Assembly: GCA_030141605.1 (NCBI GenBank)
Contig: JAQGDQ010000466.1
Location: 1-64,000 of the forward strand
Source: Tubiluchus corallicola
Lineage: Eukaryota > Animalia > Priapulida
Length of the DNA: 64,000 bases
Direction of reading: 5' to 3'
A program made the position numbers and the translations under genes. Under the pieces are notes generated by a model that did not search any database, was not told the DNA's origin, and saw only the letters and a list, made by a program, of their open reading frames with translations. Shown here piece after piece: positions 35,465-48,110 of the stretch. The stretch's first letter is position 1. Each line of letters begins with the position of its first letter.

Positions 35465-35878
35465 TGCACTGCAGGGCTGTGATGAGATGAAGTGTAATGC
35501 TGGCAGGGGAATACAGTTGACTTCTCAGGTGTGCGTGTGAACGTGGCCTTATCTAGCACATAGACTCCTATTCTGACCATGTGTTAGTAAAAGCCACTAG
35601 CCACGTGCACACCTGAGCTTATAAAAAGGGAAGGTCTGCTGCAGATCCTTGTCAGTGGTCGTATCTTTCATTGCAGCTCTGTTCACATTTCACAGGCCGC
35701 AAACCCCGTTCTTTTAGGTAAGCTATTTGTAATATTTTGTAATAAATTGTCATTTCGACTTTATTATTCGGTTCTGTTTTGGTTTGGCATTGAGCAACTT
35801 AATTGAAACATGTCGCACGGTGTAGGCCGCGGTGCCATCCATCCTGCCTCCTTAAAAGTGGACAGCAGTCCAATATCA
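35465..35878 (+). mobile_element. Solo-LTR-like repeat, copy 1
   Basis: Direct-repeat homolog of 60277-60688; TG...CA ends, TATAAAA near 35620, AATAAA near 35741. Confidence 0.65.
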
Positions 35879-36369
35879 TTAAGAGCTATCATGAATGTAA
35901 CAGCTAAATTGGTCATTCGTGTGTGCAGGAGCCTGTAAGACAGTGCCCTGGAGTACGTGCAAAATACATGTGTTAAAAGTCAATAAATTGCTGCTATAAA
36001 GTTGTCTGGGGAGTCGAAGGATTCAGGGAAATGATTACCTTGTGTGACAGAAGTTAAACAGCGTCGAGTGTGCCAGTAAACAGAAAAAGACTGCTGGTAC
36101 GCTTTTTGTGCATGCAGTTTCGCCTGTCAATACTTTCCTTATTGGCGCGTGAGAATATCTCCTTCATAATCGTACATAGCTAAAAATAGGTATTATTAAC
36201 TGATAGGAAAATGCATTGGAGGATTCGAAATATGCTGCCATTTTTCGTCTTTGACGTAATTATGACGTAACAATACCATTATTACATAATTAAGAATATC
36301 GCTGCTTTATTTGTGTTACTGGAATTGATTATTGATTATCACACTTACAATAGAAATTAAAATCAGTTA

Positions 36370-36925
36370 CAAATTGACCTTGCATGTCATCTGTGAAAGT
36401 GACAACATCAAAGATGTCTGGAACTCTCCCAGAAGATTTAATATTATGAATCTCTTTCCTCCAGTGAGAATGAATGCCAATGGGCAATTTGTCAACGATT
36501 TATACGAGATTTCCTTAAGCATTAATCTCGGACAAATAACCTAAACTTGACAGAATTTCATAACAAGTGCGCAACAAATTTTAATATTCCTGTAATGTCT
36601 GATATTCCGCAGCCTTCATGGGTTTGAAATCCGAAATCTGTTTGATCCATGCTTGAGTGATATTAAATTCATTTCCAAACCGCTTCTTTAGCATACGCTT
36701 TGCTTTTGCGTAACCAACAACTGGGTCCACAACACACAGCAGTCAATATAACGTTTTACTTTGTCACTGCAAAACTGAAGAAGGAGTGTCAATCTGGCAA
36801 TGTTGTCAGTTGTGTAATTCTCAACCGTTGTTTCAAACTGTTTAATGAAGCGGCAATACTGCAATGGGCTACCATCGAACTTCTCTATCTCGATACCAGG
36901 CAATGGAAAACCATAAAACTGGTAG
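36370..36925 (-). mobile_element. Isolated BEL/Pao gag (capsid) relic related to the 18954-27019 element
   Basis: FPLPGIEIEKFDG..FETTVENYTTDNIARL..QFCSDKVKRYIDCC, then ITQAWIKQI..IVDKLP..WRKEI..PDIFDVV; collinear with Gag at about 21610-22140; contains stops and a frameshift. Confidence 0.88.
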
Positions 36926-37820
36926 TGCACTCCTGAGAGCACAGAAAAACTATTTATGCAAGTTTAAAATCAATAACAAAGATTAAATTTAAGAACTTCT
37001 TTCAAAGTATTTACACTGAACAACTTTATATATTTACAGAAATCTGCAGTTTTATGAACCATGATCTCCAGTTTTGTATTAACTCAAAAGTTTAGCGAAT
37101 TTTACTCATCGAAGATATTAAATTTTGACTATAATCCAGCAGTACTATTATAAAAAATCATGAGTAATAAATTAGCGTTTTTGATAAAACAGTCCTCTTT
37201 GAGACGTTTTTGACCACGAAACAATCCTGAGAACTTTGATTTTTTTTGTGAAACCCCGTGAAATTGTGCAATAAAAAATATTAAATCTCTGGCAAAGGAG
37301 AATTACAAAGTGTCAGTAAGTTGCAGATGTGTTAATACCGTGTAGTACAATTTAGTTAAAATGACCTTCTCATGGGAATGTTTAAAGTAGCTCTAATTTT
37401 CAATATTTTGCATGTGAAACGTAGTCCTACTCCAAATCATTGGTGATTATTATGTGCCTTTCTTAACTGCAGCAAAGTGTTTGCTTTCCATCTTTTGTTA
37501 ACTCTTCCTCTGGGAGTTCAAGGTAAGCATCTTAACCAAACAAAAAAGCTTCTACATTCTATTGACATTCTTGTCTGTATTTGCTTTCCAGCTTTTGTTA
37601 ACTCTTCCCCTGGGAGTTCCAGGTAGGCAGCTTAACCAAACAAAAAAGCTTCTACATTCTAAAGAAATTCTTGTCTGTATTTGCTTTCCATCTTTTCTTA
37701 ACTCTTTCACGGGGAGTTCCAGGTTGGCAGCTTAATTAAACAAAAAAGCTTCTCCCGTCTATTGATAATATTGTTTGTCTTTTAACTCATTCTTTCCAGT
37801 ATTTAGACAGGGTGCAACAA
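36925..37820. repeat. About 0.9-kb dispersed repeat containing three 100-bp tandem units (about 37480-37780); inverted copy at 55675-56478
   Basis: TTGCTTTCCA recurs at 37481, 37581 and 37681; reverse-complement match to 55675-56478. Confidence 0.85.
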
Positions 37821-38599
37821 GTTTACTTAAGAATTCGGAAATATGTGAAAACATTTTTCAGAGGTTAACTCAAAGAAGTAAACTATTCGACTCTATTTAA
37901 AAACAAATATAGACGTACAGAATTTAAAGGGTCTTTGAAAGACGTTCTAAATTTGTTGGGTGCAATTAGTAGAAAAATATTGATCTTTTCCACTTCTTGC
38001 CCACGAATTATGTTCACAAATCGTACTTCAGAAATTCAATTCACCCAAAGTTTAACCTTCAAAAGAAATTCTTAGCTTGGCTCATTTACTCAAATTTCCA
38101 CTGCGATTGGCTTTATCGATCTTGTGATAGCATGATAAAAAAAAACAAGACACTGCATAAGTGAATCTAGTCTCCTAAATGCAAAATGCGATATCGTAAT
38201 TTTTATGAAGTTACTACACCACCAACCTGAAATACTGGGCGAAATTGTTAAGACTCTGCTGTGATGGAGATGGCAATCTGGTAACATAACCATATCTTAA
38301 TTACATAATAACAGCCACATGCAGAAATTATGCTTTAAAAGCGATTTATCAAGCACGTGATTTCAAACTTAATCAAATGTATCAGAAAAGTATTAGACAA
38401 TTAAAAAAAGTTAGACACTAACCTAAAATTAACTGAAACTTGATTACAATTAAAAAAACAACCAAATTCAGATAATCACTTTATAGTTTGACGTCCTTGT
38501 TCGAACAAGTTTGAAACCTATTTTGAACCTCATTCAAAGGTTACCACTTTGAATCAAATAAACATTGTTAAATATAATCACCTGCCAAAATAGTCAAGT

Positions 38600-38672
38600 T
38601 AAACAGCTCAGTGGTACCGTGCTCGCTCTCTGTGCGAGAGGCGGGGGTTCAATTTCATGTCTCAGCAGAGGT
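38600..38672 (+). mobile_element. tRNA-derived SINE-like head
   Basis: A-box-like AGCTCAGTGG, stem CTCGC..GCGAG, B-box-like GGTTCAATTTC; no acceptor stem seen. Confidence 0.4.
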
Positions 38673-40699
38673 TTTGTAAAATGGACTAGATCAAGTAACG
38701 TACTTGCAACAACATTTATTGTTATGTATATTTAGGTCTCTAGTTTTAATCACTTGGCAAAGCATAATGTAATATTGTATATATAATAACAAATATAATA
38801 ATAAATATAATAATATAGACACCCTTGGAGACAAGCATCTACAAGTGCAAAGTTTGCTTTATTCCAGGTGGTATCAAAATACCAACATATAATTAGGTGG
38901 GCCAGTTATGTTAGTATTTGTTGTTTTGTTTCATGTGCGCCTTGTAGTCTAAATTGTTCATGGCTTCCATCTATGAGAAATAATGACAGTTTACGTGACA
39001 CGATAAATGAATAATGAAATAACCTACCTTTGACACCCATGTAGGTTCACACTTGAAGATCAAAAAGTTGATTTAACTTTATAATAACCCAACTGGTGTC
39101 TGCACAAAGACTCTTAAAGGCTGCACAGTTATAATAATATTATTGAGATTTTCTTTAACATCACATTAATTATAAGCTGTTGATGTTTAGTAAACAGCTT
39201 GGAATATACTTGCATATGGGTTCGATACTCATTTTGGGTGGTTTTATTTGCCATGCTCATCTTGACTGCTTACATCGTACAGAGACAGAATTCCTCATCC
39301 GCATTGGCTGGTTGATTTTTATAATAAACCAGGCCACAAACATCTCAGTTTTTTGACTTTCAACATGCAATTATGTTCTTAGTGTATCCTAATTTCAGAA
39401 GCAATTTGTTGTGGAGCATCAAGTAAAATAAAGTGGAGATACCTGTATAAGACGCAGCCTGTTTAGAAAATCACCTATAAATAAATAAAATTTAAACTAA
39501 AATAATGTTAAAAGCAAGATCTGAAGAGAGAATTTATATATATATAACTGTGTAATCATTGGTTCATGATAATTTGAAAAACTCGAGAAATGTCGTAAAA
39601 GTTTGATATTCTTTCAAAGCCGTTCAGCACAAAGAGCTTTTAAACACAACATTTCAACATTTGTTTTATAACAATTTTTGCGTGTGATAGAGACGCAAAA
39701 AGATTTTTGAAATACAGCTAAAATCTTGCATCAATAAAACAGCCTGGGAACTTGATAAAGTCGCCTGGGTAAGGGCTAAGAAATTAAAGCAGAGTGATTA
39801 CACACTTGACTTTCAAAGCCTGCATTTCACACGTTGGAAATATTTACCAAAACAACAAGGGAGATCTGTTAGGGGCTGGATTAATAATAGAATGCGTCAT
39901 TAAAATTGACAAAAGCTTTTCTACAGAGGAATGTGAAAGCAAGCCATTTCTCATTACTGCATTATTTTCTGGCAAAACAGCCTCCCTCAAGTTAGGTTTC
40001 ACCATAAATCTACTTTAATATCTGTTTATATCACGTTGTGCCAGAGGGAACCTTTAAACTGTTCTACGTGAAAAGTCAAACCTCTTTATAATGCCCACTT
40101 TATGACTGGAAAAAATTGCTGCTATAGCGAGTTTGACGTTACAACAAGGAGAGTTAAATTTAAAATAAAAGACGAATAGACGATTCACATAGAATTGTTT
40201 AATAATTGGTGACAAATAAAAAGTTAACCATTTGTTGTTTGCTGGTCCTATTCTTTTTGTCACCATAATACAGCACAGTGTTTGACATTCTCGTTGAGAT
40301 TCTGTTTCGATATGCAACTGTTTCTTTATTGCTCTGTAGTAATTCAAAAATAACAATGTAGAAACAAGACTAGTAATTATAATATTAATGATAATGACAA
40401 AGAAAATGACAATCACCATGATAATGGCGTAAAAAGCCACAGTTAATAAATTTTCAATACTCCCAAAGGCAGTAACTGTGTGGAAATGTTGGAATGCAGT
40501 TCGTCTTTAAAATATGTAATAGGCTTTTATTTTCTGATGTCCATCTCCTTTGCTATTTCATGTGCATTTTTCGTGCTAATGTTCGCTGTTTGGGTACATT
40601 TTGCTGTATTAATCATGTTAAAATGTGTACTTTTTATCGTACTTGAAAATTAAGTAAAAATTTGTTGAGTCAATAAACATATAAAAATTTACTGTGAAC

Positions 40700-41030
40700 C
40701 AGTTCTGATTCACCTGGCTAACTTGCCGTCTTGTAATGGACTTTTTATGGTAACATATTGTAGCTGCTGCGTTAGTTGTGATTTCCTACACTAGATGGCT
40801 GACTGATATTAATCAAAGCTATTCAGCAAGATGGAACGTCCGTCATTACTAGACATGCATGCTGCACTCCAGGGCTGTCAATCCCTCTTACCCATGAGCT
40901 ATCACGTGTAACGTTGCTTCCATGCACGCGTCACTACACTCACTGCTCCAGCATTAATGTGAGTGCACCTTGTGTCTCCTACGCTGTACACAGACTTGCA
41001 TGTTTATGTAAAATATTTTCACCATCCATG
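40700..41030. repeat. About 330-bp dispersed repeat; inverted copy at about 57255-57575 and an older partial copy at about 54135-54250
   Basis: For example TACACTAGATGGCTGAC, CAGGGCTGTCAATC..TTACCCATGAGCT and GACTTGCATGTTTATGTAAAATATTTTCACCATCCA are reverse-complemented at 57255-57575. Confidence 0.85.
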
Positions 41031-43187
41031 TGCACTAACCAAAAATGAAAGTGAAGAAATGACGACAACAACAAAAACACTTTGAAAATGATAATGATGC
41101 CAGAAATAAATAAATAACATTTTAAAATGTTGTAATTCAGCCTGTATTTTTGAACCATGTAACTCTGTGTCTGTCTGAGTGCACTAGGAATAAAGCTTTG
41201 TTAACAAAGCAAGTGTGTGTTCCATGATGTGTTTGATGCTATTTGCTTAGTGTGTGTATATGGGGTGGAGTAGTGTATTGTGGGTGTTTTGGTGTGAGTG
41301 GAGTGCTGTGATGTAGTGAACTTGATGAGGGTGGTGTGGTGTGGTTTGTCATTGTGTTTTTTGTCATGTTCAAATGTTTGCGGTTGCTTCTGGATTCATT
41401 ATATATAATGCATAAAGATCTCTCATCGCATCGTCTCATTAATTTTTTATTTATCCAATTTGGCCCAGCAGGGAAAAGCCTTTTCGCCCCTTTTTTGCAA
41501 AATTTATACCTCTCATTTCTAGAGATTGGAGATGGCCATAGCGCAGTGCTGGTAAAGGTTTGATAGGCATATATTAAATTCGCAGGCAACCATTAGTGGG
41601 CGTTTTCACGGGCACAACTCCCGATTTTTAAATATTTTTTTTTAAAATTTGTCTCAGATTTTTAAGATAATTAACATAGTGTATGTAAGTACTAGACATT
41701 AAAAGATTAAGCAAAATCTGAACTAGCTACGTTGATATGACCAATGCAAGCTCATTACGTTGTATAATACTAATGTATAAGCTGGGAAAGATGCTTAGTG
41801 AATAAGACTTCTCATTTACTTTCTGGATGGTGGGTTTGTGATGAAAGTTCAAGTAGTTATATTACTAACAAAATGTTGTTTAGTACGAGTAAATCTTTCC
41901 AAATATGTGAAAAAACAACTGTTTTCTAACGATTTTCCTGGATGCCGTCATTATACTTTTGCTAGTACAATTCTCTTTCGTCCACCCCTCTGCTTCGTGA
42001 AAATAGTTTCATCCAAAACAAGCCACTGATTAGCGATTAATCAGCAACTTTATTGATGCATAATTAATTGGTTTCTTCGTTTGCTGGGCAACTGACGCCT
42101 GGCTAGTGTGCCAATGAAGCTCTTGCATTTCGTAAATGGAATCAGTTTAATAGACGACATGATCAGAATAATAATAACGGAAAATAACGAACTTTTTTGT
42201 CCAAATGTTTGATGCTTCCTTGTTTTGTTGCGCCATCTAGTAGCCAAAATCGAAAGATTGTATATAGCCAATGTAAACCAGACTGTGTAAGAGAGAGAAT
42301 GTAAATATTTAATTTGTTCCTATCTGCTCACATATGATAATCTCTCAGTTTCTGGCTTTGCTGAAGGACGAATACCTCGACGTCATGGAAGGAATAATCC
42401 CTAATATTTCCCTAACATTGGAATGCTTCTCGATGTCGTTAAGCAATGGCCGGTTAGGCGTGATTTCCACTAAAAACCTTGGTATGTTTGCGCATGGAGC
42501 ATCGCATTTTCATCTGGCAATGTACCAAGGATAGTTTTTGTACATGCATTACTGCACTTTTGATACAAAAATTCTTAAAATAAATTGTAGAATTATTAAT
42601 TCTTGTAATAAATTCTCGGGCGGTCTTCTGTTGTTAGGGCATAATAAAAAATTTCCTTATGGTTGCGAGTGACTACAGATATGAAATAGAAAGCATTTTC
42701 TATTCACTGTAGAGAGCGATGATAATGCGCATCTAGTTTATTATTTAAAGGAAAAGACTAGCGTTCTGGCAAGTTGGGCTTTCATTGCAAAAAATGTTAG
42801 AAGGATTTAGTAATAAAAATATGGCAAATGCCTCATGTAATTTGTAAAATTACTTGACAATTTCACGATTTGTAAACCCAATCTTCAACCAATGATGTCG
42901 TTCATCGACTGAAGAAAAGTTGCTGTCAACTTTTCTCAATAGTATAATTCTGATTTCGTGATATTTTTTGCACGAAAACTAGACAAACTGCAAAAGTTTG
43001 AATTAATTTAAGGAGCTCTCACCTACAGGAAAGCTTTAAGACTTACTGTTCATTATAAATCTGTTTTCTCTTCAATACCGTCAATAATAAGCTTGCTATT
43101 TAAAAAGAAGGACAATACTGATCACAGTTTTAGTGTTATTAGACAACAGGACTAGACGTCACGAGTTACAATGGTTCAGAGACATTC

Positions 43188-44101
43188 TTACACGCTGTGA
43201 TTCACATACTCATATATAGAACTAAATTTATAGTCAAACATTTCGAAATCAACCATAAACGTCCGATAAACACTCCGGATCAACTCTAGTGGCACGTTTG
43301 CGTAAAACTTTCCCATTACGTCCACTGACTTTTTCTTCTGGTATCGAGAGTTCCGTTTGGGTAGCTGAATTCTGTCACCAAAACCCAGCGCTCTGAGAAT
43401 GGCGTTGGTTTCTTCTTCAAGATTTTCAAAGACACCCACGTAGTCATAATCCGCTCCACACGGATTGCACAGATCCACATAACGGGCCCAGTGGATGTTT
43501 CTGTGTGAAAGGTCCGTCTCCGTGGCGTATGTCAAGAACTGTATAAAGTTTGCGTACTCTGATGTTCTATTGGATAAGTGCTTGTACATCTTTGCTATCT
43601 GGATGGATTCGGCTTTGTCTGGACCGTTTTGAGAGTGTTTCATCAGTTTGTCCCTGTAAGCTGACAGCAGTCTCTCGAACGGATTCCTGACGAAGAAGAC
43701 TTTGGTGAAAGACTTGAGAAAGCTCCTCTGTGCTGTAGCATTGTAATGATCCAGTCTTTTGAACTTTCCGTCAGCAATTTGCAGCAGCTGAGAAATGAGC
43801 AGTTTGTTCACCAGGAATTCTGGTTTGTATTCTTGCTGAGTCTCGTTTGTGTCGATCAGTATTAAACTTGCCAAGATCTTCTTCCAGGTTGTGGATGCGG
43901 TTTTGGGGACAGAACAGAATAGTATCCTGTGCGCCTCGTCCACGCTTATGTGGTGTATCCACTTGTCAGATTGTGGATCAAATGTGGAGTTAGTCTTCCA
44001 GTTCCAGCGGTTGCAGTATGCTTGTATTTGTTCTCTTCGATATTCGAAGATATCAACCTTGGTGTTTTTGAGCTCACTGTTCTTTTCGCTTTGATTCAAA
44101 T
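43188..44101 (-). CDS. Carbohydrate sulfotransferase, HNK-1/CHST8-14 family (Sulfotransfer_2), catalytic last exon; 5' TM exon not located
   Basis: 5'-PSB CSVPKTASTTWK, 3'-PB FVRNPFERLLSAYRDK, HW, LCNPC and DFEMFDY motifs; acceptor TTTTCTTATTTCAG ending at 44102. Confidence 0.92.
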
Positions 44102-44133
44102 CTGAAATAAGAAAATCAACTTTTAGTCTCGAC

Positions 44134-44250
<117 letters not shown>

Positions 44251-47200
44251 AGATTTTGATGAGAGGAGAGGGGGAGGGAGGCAAACAGACCACACCAACT
44301 TTCACACCAAGTTTTGATGACATGATAAATTCATTACTATTTGAACAATTCTGTGATATAATAAATTGAGTAAATATTTCTATTATTTACTATTTCTTTA
44401 CTATTTCTTGTTGCATTTGTACTCCCCTCGCAAAAGGTTACGTACCGTCTCACATCGTCATTTTCTCACATTGTTTTAATTTTTGCAAATTGAAAAATGC
44501 AATTTGAAATCGTCTTCTATAATCTATTTACAAATTGCTCTATCTGACATTCCTACTTTAATAATTGAAATTATTGTTAAGCAAGTAGTTTACTGAGCTA
44601 TAACCATTACCTGACAAAAACATTAGTTCAGCTAATCTTTATGGTAAAAGGTTTTTCTATGTAACATTTTATGCAAAACTTCAACTAACTAGGAATGAAT
44701 ACGCTTTTTCAATTCTAGGCAGTTCAATCGAATATCTTTAAATTAACCGTCATCAATGATAATTATAGTTTATTTGCCTTAAAAGTAAATAATAGAAGTT
44801 TAGCAAATACTGATAACTCAAACCAAATTGAGCATAATGCTTTATGAAAAGTTAACGAAGTTCTAAACTATCACCTTGTTTGTTGCAAGTTAGTTTTAAA
44901 TAAAATTTAACCTCCAAACTGAGATAATTGTTGCAAAATTGTAGCAAAGCTTATTTGGGGTGATCAGAATAGTTCATAGGTCAGTTTGCACTATGTATCA
45001 GTATGAACTATGAATAGTTCATAGGTCAGTTTGCCAAATTCAGCTGCGCTGAATTTGGTTTTCAAATAGATAATTGACCACCAAAAAGACTGGGCAGTTT
45101 CGTCAGACACACTATCGCCTTTAGATTACGTAATTGAGAAAGGACACCCGCATCGGCATTGCGATTTGCCTCTGAATGTGGCCCAGATGCTGTTGCCGAT
45201 TTATTCTCCCCATCTTAGAGGATTGTTCTTGATGATAAGACACATTCAGTCTCATGTATATCTTCGTTAAGCTTGCATTGTGTAACTTAGTGCAGGTTAA
45301 TGTTTTAGCTGGCTGTTTGACTGACATGATCATAAAAAATATAACTGAAACATCTTTCAATACTCACTGAAACGTACGGACCGATCTAAGTTAATTGAAT
45401 GCAAAGCTTGTTTGCTTAGTAAACCAGTTATCCGCTGAATTGTTACAATGTTCACATCACTGTAATGAGAAATCGTCAGCATCATTACAATACTGGCTAT
45501 CACAATTAATTGAAAGTATTCAATGGTTATGGCACATCCTTTTTCTTCCATGGTCATCAGTCACACAATACGACAAAATCACGTTCAGCTTTTTATCGGA
45601 TTTCTCTTTCACCAGAATATTCACCACCCACAAAGTTTAAACCAAATGTTTGTTCTTTTCCACTGATTTAGATTTCTGCCAGTAGACTTTATTTTCTGCG
45701 AGAAAATTAAATTTTCATTTTAAGAGTTTGCCTAAACAAGATTTCTAAAACCAGACATTTCTATCTTTGCCACCAGGTGGTAAATTCCAATTGCAAAATA
45801 ACTCGTAGTTCTATTTTAATTGCAAAAGCAGCAAATTCACATTTATTATTTATTTATTTACTTATTTTTTATTTTCACAAATACAATTAGGACAAAAATT
45901 GAAGAGTAAGTTTTCTTTTTTCCTCACAGTGCTTAACAGTAAGTTTTCTTTTTTCCTCACAGTGCTTACATTCTATGTTCTTTTTACTAATAATTAGTAA
46001 TTATTATTATTAATTAGTAAGTATTTGTATTAATTGCTTCGTTTAGTGATTTCTGAAAAGACATTCACAATTTTCTCAACATTTGCACTCAAACAATAAA
46101 CGTAAAACCTCTTTCTCCTTGCATCAGTCTAATTCTCTGCCCCTGTTTAATTTATCATAAGTGAATGTAGAACTTAAATTTTGAGATCCAAAACGTTTTC
46201 ACAAGTAAAACTATTCTGCGAATCTGTCTACAAGCGTAGAGCACAACATTGTGCACATTTGTGATGCAACATTTTATAACAGCAAATCTTCACAGCCTTT
46301 CAACGGAATATGAGCAGTGCAAGCCCCGACCGTATGCCCTTCATTGGACTGATTGGAGAACAACTTTCACGGTCTAATGATACTTTCACGGTCACAATAC
46401 ACACTTCCCAGTACAGGCACAAGTTACTTTCCCTTCTCATAAATGCACAGATAATGGATTCCTCGCATAATGGTAAACTCTCTTACTAAACTGCTTTCAC
46501 CACCTAGCCTAAGTGCAATTTGCAAAGAGATAGTGTGACTGGAGTTGTCCTTTTGTGTTGAGACAATTATTATCAATGCTAGAGGTCACTGCACTCTAGT
46601 CTTACGACAAAGATTTAAGCATGTATCTATTGTCACCTTTAATTGCTGAGACACTATTTTATACGAATTTGTTAAAACTGATTAGTGTTACTGTTTGCAT
46701 TATATTCTTACACGGACTTCATGTTGCTTAGAGTTGTTACATCGCAATGTTACATTTTTACACTGTCGAAGGTTATTAAATAAATTCAATTATACAGGTG
46801 TAACAACTCTGTGTTGCATTTTTACACTAACAAACCTTATTAAATAAACTCAATTTTAGAAAAGAAAGCTGTTGTTTTGGCTTGATTTTTTAGCAAAAAA
46901 TGTCAATGAAGTTTTCCTTCTATAAAATTTAAACCGGTTCAATTCCCTGCTTTGTAAGTAGTACTGTTATGTGTCATTTTGGATTGTTTTGCTTTCTTAC
47001 GTACAGGACAAACAAAACAGGTCCCAGCACCATGCCCTGCAGAGCGCCTTAACTAACGAATGTTTGTTTTCCAGACTTTTGTCACCACGGGAGCTGTCAC
47101 AAACGTATGCTGTTCATTGACTTCTGTGGCATTGTGATGGAAATGTTCTCAGGCAGAACTTTCTTACCTATCTGTTGGAGCTGCACCAAGATGCAGTGCC

Positions 47201-47945
47201 CAATTTCAGGTAATTAGCATAATCAACTGTAATTAACCTGTAATCAACTTCAGCACTCGGTTAAATGGCGATGCCTGTGGGAAAAGCTTATGGTACATAT
47301 TGTATCCTAGAACACCTTAACATTTAAGATTAAACATCTAGGCCATTGTAAACTTAGTTTAAATATTTTTCTATACTATGTTTAAAAGTTGGTAATTCTA
47401 ATTTTATTTTGCTATGTAATAAATATGCCGAGGCCATCTGTTGGTCAATATGTATGTATGCTGAGGCCATCTGTTGGTCAGTACTTATGTTGTTCTTCAC
47501 TTAGTTTCTGGTTTAATTCATTCAGTTCTGTTGAACAAAAGGGTGAATAGATAATTTTTTGCCTTTCTTGAACGTTACATTTAACTATACCACACATGAT
47601 ATGGTATTGAAAATTGCAAGATTATGTCAACGTGCAATCCTTGTTTACCATAGATTAAGTGTGTGCAATACTTTACCAAAGTTGAAATCGATTAAGTACT
47701 TGCCGGAGGACCGGGGTTTTCTGCAGATGTTGGAATCATGAGTGCATGCAATGATGATACATGAAACTGACGCGGTGAGAAAGGTTGATCGATTGATTTT
47801 GCTTTCCCCGAATTTTGTTATTGTAAATTATTCATTGTATTCATTTTTCACTTTTAAAATAACATCAGTAGTTGGAGCGTCTCAGTGGGAGCCAGTTTAC
47901 AATGTCTATGTAAAGTACAGACTTAGTAGTTTAGATCGTTGGGCC

Positions 47946-48110
47946 TGAACGTTTTCGTTTCCATTTAATACAAAAAAGCCTCAAATGTGCACTATTGATG
48001 ACCAAACAGAAAGGAAAATTATCTTATGAACGTTTTTGTTTACATTTAATACAAAAAAGCCTAAGTGTGCACTATTGATAACTAAATAGAAAGTAAAATT
48101 ATCTTATAAG
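47946..48110. repeat. Two-copy tandem repeat of about 80 bp
   Basis: TGAACGTTTT..CATTTAATACAAAAAAGCCT..TGTGCACTATTGAT..AAAATTATCTTAT occurs twice. Confidence 0.8.

Noticed and set aside
37480-37780. CRISPR-like array (also 55720-56000)
   Set aside because: The 100-bp units repeat along their whole length with no unique spacers; eukaryotic context and no cas genes.
38600-38672. Functional tRNA gene
   Set aside because: A- and B-box-like motifs are present, but no proper acceptor or T stem pairing; kept only as SINE-like.
40054-40490. Hydrophobic minus-strand ORF resembling a GPCR TM5-TM7 fragment
   Set aside because: No ATG at the ORF start, an upstream in-frame stop, hydrophobicity partly due to ATT-rich low complexity, and no convincing family motif.
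47880-47905. WEPVY peptide matching GT49 exon 2
   Set aside because: Only five residues match, with no flanking similarity; probably chance.
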